From Phoronis australis (Eukaryota > Animalia > Phoronida), in NCBI GenBank assembly GCA_002633005.1, contig NMRA01000271.1, positions 451,588 through 515,587 of the forward strand: DNA of 64,000 bases, written 5' to 3'. Of this stretch, positions 12,901 through 24,900 are shown piece by piece. Numbering within the stretch: position 1 is the first letter of the stretch; every line of letters begins with the position of its first letter. The notes under the pieces were generated by a model. The model was not told the origin of the DNA. It ran no database searches and saw only the letters and a list, made by a program, of their open reading frames with translations. A program made the position numbers and the translations under genes.

Positions 12901-15900
12901 ATCCAGAAACTTCAATTTGAACTGGAATTTCGGTGTCCCATAGAGACTGTCCCAAAGTGGGGAATTATGGTCATAATCTTCTTTGCAGTAATTCCTTTCT
13001 GGAAAAAGCTGAAGGAGGACGGAAGTTGGCACCCGATGATCCAGATTGCCAAGGAAAACAACGCTTTCTTGTTCTCGCGTCTTGCTCTTAAACACGAGCT
13101 GCACATCCCGGAACCTCACGACTACTTTTGCTCAAAAGAGAACTGCCCTGTCAAGGACTCCCTAAAGCACTCACTGTTGAGGATCAACACATACAAGGCT
13201 CTGGCACAGCCTGCTCACCTCCTGGCCAAGGAAGACCCCATCAGAGATGCCTTTGAGCTGCGACGACAGATGATGGCAATGAGCAATCTGGACAAAGAAT
13301 TTAAGGTAGAGTACAAAAGTATTCATACAAAGTGACTCGGAATTCTCCCATCACGTTGAAAAAATTTTTTTTGATTTCTTACAATTTTATGTTAACCTAA
13401 TCCTTAATTCTTATAGCAAAAAAAATAAAATTATTCTGAAAATCCAAAGTTGCTTTTTTAATTATTTTTTATCAATCTTCAGTATCATATGGCTTGACTG
13501 CTCACCAGCTCAGTGACTGACAAGTGCGGTGGAGCTTATACAATGACACTAGCTCTAATCTAATCCTGTCAACAAACATTGCATAACGGGCAATCGAGAG
13601 TGCTGTACCAGCTGATATAGGTGTTGAAGTGAGACTTAGAATAAAATAAACCATTTTATGATCATAATGTAAAGTTGGTGGTGAAATGGTAAATTCCTGT
13701 TCCGAGACTGAGCCTGTTTGTTCGTCTGCAAAAAAATCAAGTTGTATACGACAAGTCCTACCGAAGTCATCACTGGAGATGCAGAAATCTATGATGACAA
13801 CGGAATCTGGAACTGCACTCAGCTTGAGGAGTCCATTCAGATATTGTGCGTGAGCAAGAGAAGTCAGAAAGGTGTGGTGACTTGCACGAGGTCACTGAGC
13901 ATTGACGGTGTTGGTATTGCATGATGCGAAGGTCAATTAGAGATGAACTCTCAGTGATCAAATCAGTGGCCAAAAACCTTCATCAATATGACACTACCTT
14001 ATTGTGGTACTGAACAATTTTTGGTTGTGCGTCAAGCCGAGTTGGCACCAACTGCGGGAATCAAACCCTCATGGCCTTGTAGGCATCTTGGGGAGAGCGC
14101 TTCCTTAGGGGAGGTTTATGGAGATTTGCTGGAATTGTCTCGAGGTACCCATTCTTGTCCATATTTGTAATGCATGTCAGCTCTTGTTCTGTGCATCACT
14201 ACCTTTAATGCTTATATTCCCACTGAAGTACTTTTTTCCAGAACGAGTACATTTTACTTTCGGATAATGTCGAGCAGTTCTGCTGTGATATGGCCAAGCT
14301 GTGTGGTCGCAAGAAGGAGATAGACATATTCCTGGATAGGTCACACTTTGACTTGGACAAGGAGAAATCGAAGCTTGGAACTGTGGAGATGGGTTACAAA
14401 TACGAAGCTAAGCAGGTTAGACAGAGCATATGATATGTTTGATGTAGGACTGACCCTGCAGTTTGGTCAGTTCTGCAGGAATGACCTATAACTAACATAA
14501 CATGTTGCATACAGATCATTTTCACTGTAAAATTTAAAATTAATAAATCTTAATTTTGTGTGACAAACTTGTTCTTTGGGAAATGATAAATTATTTCATT
14601 TTTTTATTTCCAAATTGTTGGAGTGGTGGACTATGTTCACCATTATTTTTCAATGTTTTGATTTTGTTTTGTTCAGAAGTAGTGCTGATGAGGTCAGTTT
14701 TCCTTGGAGCTCTGAAGCAGCATTTGTGCAGTGTTGAATCAACTCAAACTCATTCTCACTACACGTCGCAGCTTCTTAATCCACCAAAAGTACTCTTAAG
14801 CTTGCCTTAAATGCTTGAGTTGTTTTCAGTGAGCAGAATCTTTAAATCAATTTCTCATTTCAGTTTGTAGCTAATGAATTTGTACAGAGCCATCTACATG
14901 AGGAGTTCTATGGCAAGTCTCCACGGCAACAGAAGTTTTTCTTGAAACACAACAACTTCACAAAGCTCTTCATGTGTTTAGTGTTGTCACCTGTGGTGTT
15001 ACTAATGATTCTTGGCTACATCCTGTTCGGAGGCATAAAGATTCTAAAGGAAAAGGTAAAATGTGATTTGCTGGACAGGTGTTTATATGATACCTGCAAC
15101 TCGTTTTGGTGTAAAGAATCATCGCTGTAAGACTCTGCTTATTTTACTTTTTGTTGTTCCTGTTTAAATACAAAATCTTATCTTGCTCTGTTAGGCTATG
15201 CAGGAAACGCTGCATTTTTTGTTCTCGACTGTTTGATGTTCATTGTATAGTACAGCTACTGAATTATTTGGCTTCGTCCGGGCTGCCTCCGGTCTGGCTA
15301 GGCGTGACTGTAACTAGAACGCAAGTGTGAGAGAAATCAGTCACGGTGTTCTCACGCCTACTCTCCGGGAAGCACTCACACTTACCTCCGGTTTGGTTAA
15401 TTCTTTGCTCACGCTTTCCTCACGCATTCCTCACGCTTATCTTAAGCTTTCCTCACGCTGTGGTAATGTACCGTGATGGTGCACCAGGCTAATAGAAATA
15501 CCATCTAGGTCTGTGTGTACAGTAATCCATTGTTTTGGCATCTTATACCACTGAGTTCCGTAATTTGTCGTATTTGTCACTCAAAGGAACTTCTTTAACT
15601 CCTCTGGTGTCACACTTATGTAGTCCAATTTATAACTCTAAATCATGTCCCATCAACAACTTAACCGTGGTGAGTAAAGACATAGACCTAAAGTTAAGAC
15701 GAACAATTAATGTGATCCTCTGCTTGTGTTCACAGTGATGTTTGCATGGCTAGGAGACTCCATGAAACCCATCACAGTTGAACGTACTTAATTCGCTCTA
15801 AAAATGACCCACGCATCTTGACTCACTACTCATGTATCGTCACTGTGTGGGTTCTTTCAGCGCACTCGTGGAACAGAAAATTTCAATAAGCTCACTTCTG

Positions 15901-18900
15901 TGGCTGAAGGCATGTAGCATCTCCATCCCCTACTACGAGCAAATGTTACGTGCCCAACCCCTTATACCGGTTTATTTGTAGCCCCATCCATTTAGTATTT
16001 CGTGCTAACGTAGTCCGGGATATTCTTTACTAAAATAATTATAGCAGTCACCTCTCTGACACGTCAATTGGTTGTGATCACATTCTCCACATAATGCCGG
16101 AATTTGGGATAAATGTGTGCAGAATCATGAAGACAATTGAATTATTTCGTCAGGCACACGTGTGTTAACATTGCTGATATGTTTATTTCAAAAACAAAAT
16201 AACGAGTGAGAAATTAAGGCCTGGGGTCTGTTTCATGAATTGACAAAGACATCAGTGTGTTATTCATACTGTATGAATACGGGACAGTATCGTAAAAAAA
16301 ATCATCGACAGTAGAAAGATGCACTCCGAAAAGGCGCAACCACAATTTCTGGGATTCACATTTCCTGACCATAATTTTTAAGCACCGATTTGTCTGTATA
16401 ACAGACCACACTTGCTCCATCAGTCATGCCAGTTTGTTTGCGTAAAGCGCTGCCTGTTGAAAATTTGACCAGCCAATCACAAACACCGGTGTAAAAAGAA
16501 TTTCCTGAGGAAAATTAAGTGATACCTGCGTGCTGGNTATTTCGGGGTGCGCATGCGCCACGTCCAATATTTCCGCCATCTTTAACCGGAAGTCAACGAT
16601 TTTCTGCACAATTGTAGCACATGCGTTCTAGTATATTCGTACCGATTTTCAGCCATGTACGTCGAAAAATGCGGCCTCTACGAGTATTTGACTGTGAAAT
16701 CGGATACAAAATGGCCGCCACGTCCGCCATTTTGTATCCGATCATGACCAAAAACAATAGGCTTCCAGGACTTCCCGATCTACACGTTGTGTGCAAATTT
16801 CGTGAAAATCGGACGAAAATTGCGACCTGTAGAGTGCGAACAAAAAAAAAAAAAAACTTGACGACAGAGCAACATACTTGTCGGAATTCGAAGAATTCCG
16901 CCAAGTAATAATAGCAGTCAACTCTCTGACACATCAATTGGTTATGATCACATTCTCCACATAATGCCGGAATTTGGGATAAATGCGTGCAGAATCATGA
17001 AGACAATTCAATTATTTCGTCAGGCACACGTGTGTCAACATTGCTGATATGTTTATTTCAAAAACAAAATAACGAATGAGAAATTAAGGCCTGGGGTCTG
17101 TTTCATGAATTGACAAAGACATCAGTGTGTTATTCATACTGTATGAATACGGGACAGTATCGTAAACAAAAATCATCGACAGTAGAAAGATGCACTCCGA
17201 AAAGGCGCAACCACAATTTCTGGGATTCGCATTTCATGACCATAATTTTTAAGCACCGATTTGTCTGTATAACAGACCACACTTACTCCATCAGTCATGC
17301 CAGTTTGTTTGCGTAAAGCGCTGCCTGTTGAAAATTTGACCAGCCAATCACAAACACCGGTGTAAAAAGAATTTCCCGAGGAAAGTTAAGTGATACCTGC
17401 GTGCTGGCTACCACCTAGCGGCACGCAGGGAACCAGCGAGTGTTCACCCCTTACTCGCGGTAAGTTCCGGGCAGAGTCACACTTAGGCTCAGGCTAGCTG
17501 TCACGGTTGATTCACGCCTCGCTCTCCGGTCTATCTCCGGTTACGGTCATGCTTAGCCAAACCGGAGGCAGCCCGGATGAAGTCTAATAATTCAGTGGCT
17601 GTACTGTATGTAGCTTGCTGGGCTCTTGCTTAAAACTGTGCTTTTGATTGACAGCTGTGTTGCTATTTCTCTTCAGTACCCTATCCCATTCTACTACATC
17701 AACGCGCTGAAAGACCCGATCATCAAGTTCTATATTCACACAATGTCCTATATCCTCTTCCTGCTTCTACTGCTGGTTAATTCCCTGCTGCCACTTGCTG
17801 ATAACCAGTCTCACCGCAATACTGGCTTTTCATGGATGCTGTGGTGCATTGCATTCTATATTCTGGGTAAGAGAAAGACTTGACCTCATTACTTGGGGCT
17901 AAGTGAACTGAATAGTCCTATCAATAGGGAAGTGGACAATGTGCTTAAGCCATTTCAAACCTAAAAATGCATTAAATGAAGTTGGCAACATCCCATGAGA
18001 GCTCATTAAATTGTAAATGAACATTGTTCCTCTTGGCTGTACTTTGGGAGCAAGTTTTCAGACATAGTGCAAAATTGGTTGAATACACGACGCTTGTCAT
18101 GAATCTTTATTCCATTCCTTTCGTATCCTCGGAACAAAGTTCGACACTCAACAGAACATTGGTAATTAAAAACAACTGATCAAGAAGCATAATGAAAAGA
18201 CATACGATATTTCCTAACATGCTTGTTTAATTCTTAAGTGGCAATAAAATGATGCAGTAATACCACCACAGAACAAAAGCTGGAGACATACACAGTGGGA
18301 CACAGCAGGTGTGAAATACTGCAAAGAGTGACAAATGTAGGGGGGTGACAGGAAAGTCACGCAAACAAGTATAGCTTGTTGTACAGCCCTGCTTGCTGCT
18401 CATTCAAAACAGGCTTGTCGAATGCAGTCAAAAAGGACTCCAATATTTTCAATCCCAGCATATTATGCTCTACATACCATATTGACATGTTTTCCGCAAT
18501 TAGTTGTATTCAACCAATTGTTTCTCTATACTTTTAACAAAATGCTTTGTCATATACCATACCTGAATGTTTGGATGAGAACATTAAGTGTATAAATGTG
18601 ATCAACAAAAGGGTAAATGCTGTTGTAGCTGATAATGTTATGTTCTTGAAGTAACACTCAGTGTGTGTTCTTGGATAAAGTTCTGAGGCCTCTAGGCTTG
18701 CTAGTGTTTAAATCTGATGGGGTTAAACTTACTCACCTGGAAACACTGTTAGTTAGACACCAATGTAAACATCATTAGAAAGGCTCCTGGTGATTTATCT
18801 TCTGCAGGTTATGCCTGGGCTGAAGTGAAGCAGTTATATATGAGAGAATACCGTGCATACTTCCTCAGTGTTTATAACTGGTTGGACTCGCTCATGGTCA

Positions 18901-21900
18901 TTCTGTACATGGCCTCGTACGCTTGTCGTGTAGTGGCCTTGTTTAAAACGAAAGATGCTTTGCATTTCCAAGAAAGAAATCCAGTCGGACCGTATCCAGA
19001 AGATGTTCAATATTACCTGGAAACGGGTGGGTTTTAGCTGAAGTGTGTTCATTCGTATGTTTTCCATGAACTGTTTGTGGACTTTTTTGTTGTCGTTCTG
19101 TTTTGGGCTTCAGTTCTGAGACTGCTTTGGAGCAATTGAATCTGAGTGAAGATGTATTTCAGATACTGACTTTACCTGAGATGTTTGCATATTGTTATCC
19201 TAGCAGATGACATTTTGAAACCAAAAGTCAAACCTTTAGTGTATGCCTAGGTATAGCAGTAGCTGGGTTTTCCATGTAAATGCCAGGGATTAATTCTCCT
19301 AAATAGCATTCCGTAATAGGAACAGCAAATTTTCCTTGACTGTAAGAAAGAAATTACAACCAAAAAGGATATTAACTCTTCAATATCCATTAGGGGAAAG
19401 TTTAATATAGGGTCCTACTGAGTACATTTATTTTTTTTCCAAATAATCACCATGTGTGCATCTTTGTAAAATTTCCCTTGTATATCATGCATTCTAGGCA
19501 TATATTCTGCTGGATTTTTATTGAAATGCTCGTTTTGTGGCAATATGGACAATTCTGTATTTTGCTGCACCAAACTTCCCTCGCTCAGTGTTACTGGCTG
19601 TCTTCATCAGGTGACAAAAGTACGTCAGGCTGAACCTCGATTGTCCTTACTGTGAACTGCTGATTACCTTCACTTTATTGTTTAGACCCCAAGCCACCTT
19701 GCCATCTGTGTGGTGAGTGAGTGCTTTCCAGGCATTGTTCACCCTTGCTACCCAAGGCCAAAAGTAGATACCCTGAGTTTTAGATAATTATAGAGTAAAC
19801 AACCAACTGAAGGTTCCTTCTCAAGCAACTAAACCTGCCCTCTGGTTGACGTTGAATACTACTAATGGTTCACCCTTCATGATCCATCTTACTCCATGAC
19901 TGACTGTTTTTAATTTCAACCACAGAGGTTGCATGTCTCTTATGGTAAAATGAATACTGTCGAAATAGTACAGTATTGTTTTATTTGCTTCAAAGGGAAT
20001 CCTTAGTTGCTTGTTTCACCTCTTTGAGTGAATCAACTAATCACCTGCTTTAAATGTCTCCACAAATGCAAGCACAAACTTAGGATATTATGCTTAGCTT
20101 TTGCCATGCATTTTGCAATGAAGTATCATATTTATGAATATGTGTTTCAGACCGCAGCAAGTGGTCAGCTACTGACCCTGAGATTGTGGCTGACTCTGTG
20201 TTCGCTGTTGCCAATCTACTCAGTTTTGCTCGTCTCTCCTACGTTCTTCCAACATTTGAGAGACTTGGACCCCTGTTGGTCGTTTTAGGTACTTCCTATG
20301 ACATTGGCTTTTAAAGTTCCACATACTTCTTATGCAACCATGTATGAAATAAACATTTTGTTGTCTGCGTTGTGTATTAGCACTGTCTCTAAGTTGATCT
20401 GTTGATAGTTGGTTTCTGGCTATTATGTAATGAAATTGACCACTTGCACTTTGCTTGAGTAGAATGCACGATTGCTTTTGATTTCTAACCTGTTCTAACC
20501 GCTCCACTTATTGTTTGACTGCTGACCCGTTTTTGGCTGCGTGGATTATTTCAAAATAACTCCGAAGTCATTATGAAACTTTGCAAGGTTTTGTTGGTAA
20601 GAGCAGGTTCATGTCAGTTTCCACCCCTATTTGGACAATGGCAGTGCTCTGCCGTTTGCTAGATACTGAAAGAAGTCATGCTCTCCATACAGATTTCTAT
20701 TGTTAGCTGTCCAGTATGGTAATTATGATAATGATTTTTTTTCTTAATGTTCGTTTTTGATGAGTCACATTTCACAAAATGAAGCTCCGTATATCCATCA
20801 TTTTGCGTAATAAATTGAAGAGCGTTTATCGTACTCTCTGCCTTCCAGCCAGTCTAACAGCAACACTATTGTATTTCAGGTAAAGTCCTGTGCGACACCT
20901 TACAGTTCATGGCTCTCTTTGTGATCGTCTTCGTTGCATTCTTGGTAGGAATGCAAAATCTCTACAAGTTTTATCCCAATGCAACATTCTCCTCGTAAGT
21001 GTCCTCTTCTGTGTTGTCAGTCTTTTTTCTTTTGCAGAATTTGAAGTCAATGCATTCATACTGATATCTTTTCTGATCCCTGTTCTTTCTTTTCCCGTGA
21101 CTTTCATGTCTCATGAGCTACCTTTTTTAGTATTCNAAAATTTCCCTTGTATATCATGCATTCTAGGCATATATTCTGCTGGATTTTTATTGAAATGCTC
21201 GTTTTGTGGCAATATGGACAATTCTGTATTTTGCTGCACCAAACTTCCCTCGCTCAGTGTTACTGGCTGTCTTCATCAGGTGACAAAAGTACGTCAGGCT
21301 GAACCTCGATTGTCCTTACTGTGAACTGCTGATTACCTTCACTTTATTGTTTAGACCCCAAGCCACCTTGCCATCTGTGTGGTGAGTGAGTGCTTTCCAG
21401 GCATTGTTCACCCTTGCTACCCAAGGCCAAAAGTAGATACCCTGAGTTTTAGATAATTATAGAGTAAACAACCAACTGAAGGTTCCTTCTCAAGCAACTA
21501 AACCTGCCCTCTGGTTGACGTTGAATACTACTAATGGTTCACCCTTCATGATCCATCTTACTCCATGACTGACTGTTTTTAATTTCAACCACAGAGGTTG
21601 CATGTCTCTTATGGTAAAATGAATACTGTCGAAATAGTACAGTATTGTTTTATTTGCTTCAAAGGGAATCCTTAGTTGCTTGTTTCACCTCTTTGAGTGA
21701 ATCAACTAATCACCTGCTTTAAATGTCTCCACAAATGCAAGCACAAACTTAGGATATTATGCTTAGCTTTTGCCATGCATTTTGCAATGAAGTATCATAT
21801 TTGTGAATGTGTGTTTCAGACCGCAGCAAGTGGTCAGCTACTGACCCTGAGATTGTGGCTGACTCTGTGTTCGCTGTTGCCAATCTACTCAGTTTTGCTC

Positions 21901-24900
21901 GTCTCTCCTACGTTCTTCCAACATTTGAGAGACTTGGACCCCTGTTGGTTGTTTTAGGTACTTCCTATGACATTGGCTTTTAAAGTTCCACGTACTTCTT
22001 CTTATGCAACCATGTATGAAATAAACATTTTGTTGTCTGCGTTGTGTATTAGCACTGTCTCTAAGTTGATCTGTTGATAGTTGGTTTCTGGCTATGTAAT
22101 GAAATTGACCACTTGCACTTTGCTTGAGTAGAATGCACGATTGCTTTTGATTTCTAACCTGTTCTAACCGCTCCACTTATTGTTTGACTGCTGACCCGTT
22201 TTTGGCTGCGTGGATTATTTCAAAATAACTCCAAAGTCATTATGAAACTTTGCAAGGTTTTGTTGGTAAGAGCAGGTTCATGTCAGTTTCCACCCCTATT
22301 TGGACAATGGCAGTGCTCTGCCGTTTAAATTTGCTAGATACTGAAAGAAGTCATGCTCTCCATACAGATTTCTATTGTTAGCTGTCCAGTATGGTAATTA
22401 TGATAATGATTTTTTTTCTTAATGTTCGTTTTTGATGAGTCACATTTCGCAAAATGAAGCTCCGTATATACATCATTTTGCGTAATAAATTGAAGAGCGT
22501 TTATCGTACTCTCTGCCTTCCAGCCAGTCTAACAGCAACACTATTGTATTTCAGGTAAAGTCCTGTGCGACACCTTACAGTTCATGGCTCTCTTTGTGAT
22601 TGTCTTCGTTGCATTCTTGGTAGGAATGCAAAATCTCTACAAGTTTTATCCCAATGCAACATTCTCCTCGTAAGTGTCCTCTTCTGTGTTGTCAGTCTTT
22701 TTTCTTTTGCAGAATTTGAAGCCAATGCATTCATACCGATAACTATTCTGATCCCTGTTCTTTCTTTTCCCGCGACTTTCATTTCTCATGAGCTACCTTT
22801 TTTAGTATTCTGATGTAGAGATTACATGACAAGTTAATATTATGAGTGTTGAGATCTTTCTGTTTGCAATGTAAAAATTTGAATTACATTAGATAAAATG
22901 ATCCCGGATTTGCAGATATACTGCATTTATTTGTTCTCAGAAGAATGATGATGGTATGTAACCCCTATAGTCCTTTAAGTCATCATTCCCGTGAGAAAAT
23001 AAATGCAATTTATTCGAAACGTCAGGTCATATTATCTTAATTTACATGGTACACTGAATGACCACAACACCCTGTGGCAGTTCTTTTCTCATGATCTGGA
23101 AGTATTTCTCAAACACCTTTTTCTTTTGGAACCACAGTTGGGCCCAGTTTTTCATTTCTTGCTGTAAGTAAGTAATTTTTTATTATAGTGACGTGTTCAA
23201 ATGAATTTAAGCAATGAATACGTTACAAAGACTAGGAACACCCAGCCCTCCACGGGGCTTATGAGTCACTTAAGATACATGATACAAAAAAGAAAAGACA
23301 AGTGTACACGCATTGCAAGAGGACCAGAAAGAGAAGGCCGAGATAAAAGTGATCTTAAATAAATATAATTTTTCCTTACTTCAAAAACATTTTTGATGAA
23401 AACTGAAGTTTTTCTAATAACATCTTTTTGCATGATTATAATTAGTTTACTTTCACAGCTTTCAGCACGGAATTCTGGATATTTAATATCAACATGACAG
23501 TAAAAGGTGTTTCTGGCATCTACGAAAATGGACACTCAAACAGAAAATATAGTTCAGTTTCAACCTGACCAGTGTGACAAAGACAGCAAATTCTGTCATC
23601 AAATTCTAGTGAACGAAAACGCCCAACCTCAACCAATAGCTGTAGGGTTCCGGTTCTATTTTGAGCAAGAATTGACCTACTAGGCCGAGTTAAGTCTAAA
23701 TGCACGTAAGGCTCAACTTCAGACATTCTTCATCAAAACATAGGTTCTTAACTTTGGTTTCGAACGGCTTTCAAACAACCACCTATTACAGGCCAAATCA
23801 TGCAAAATATTCTTACAGTGAGACAGATTAATGGACGTAAGTTATGAAAACAATCCGAAATCCTTAATTCTTCAAAAATGATCAAAACTTCAGAAGACCA
23901 ATCATTAATACAAGTAGTGTAGTCCCAGCAAAATATTCAATATGTTAGTCTATCAACCTTGAAATTAATAATACGATTCCACATTCTCAAAAGCTCAATT
24001 TTCCGCCTAACACTGGGGAATTCCCACCCCATGTCACCCATAACAGCTTCAGCGAATTTGTGAATGCCCAAGAAAAATTGCGCGGCTCTATTCTGAATGA
24101 CATCATAATCCTGTAGACTAGAGCCGCCCTAGACACCTACGCAATAATCTCTAACAGGCACAACACAAGCATTGAATAATGTAGTGAACGTTCTGTACCT
24201 CATATTTTTATTCTTTTTAAATTTATTAATTAAAGCGCCCAAAGCTCTTCCGGCAGATTCGGACAGAGGTTTAGCAGTTTCAGAAAACTTCAATGTTCAT
24301 TTAAAATTATTCCTAAATATTTGTATTTGGGTACATATTCTAGGTCTAGTCGAACCAACCGAAATGGATATAAACTACGAGAGACACGCTTGGATTTGAA
24401 GTGAATAATATTAGTTTTTTCCTGATTGACAATTAGCCTCCGTATAGAGCACCATTTATCAACTATATTCAATAAACCCTGTAAATTTTCTTCGCTCTTG
24501 GCAAGTACCACTATATCATCAGTTTTAATCAGACCTGGTTTACCGGTGACTCGACTCGGCAATCGTTTAGCCCTTATTATGTTCACAGGATGACCAATCT
24601 CGGCTACAATGTCTTTGACCAAAGCATCAACACTTTGGTTATCATTGTAAGGCAGGTTAAATATCACTACTGTCTTGACTTCATCATATTCAACAGTCTG
24701 TGTACCATTACTCTCCAGTACCTCAATCCTACCTCTCAGCTGGTTGATCTCCATTCATTTTGTTAAATCATCTTTGACAGCATTGAGGTGACCCAGCAGG
24801 AGTATTTTTGAGTCTTCAATAGCCTGACCCAACTTGCAGTGGTTTTCATCTACTTTGCTCATGAACTTTGTCCAAAGAAACCTCGTCAAGTGACACCGAT

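Larger units (their letters stand above)
19468..22810 (+). repeat. Near-identical tandem duplication of about 1.67 kb (19468-21135 / 21137-22810) joined by a single N
   Basis: Offset of 1669 bp, few SNPs and indels, N at 21136. Confidence 0.92.

Noticed and set aside
20028-21324. ORF-track proteins at 20028, 20220, 20890, 20907 and their duplicates
   Set aside because: These are wrong-frame or antisense readings over the real TRPC S4 and S5 exons.
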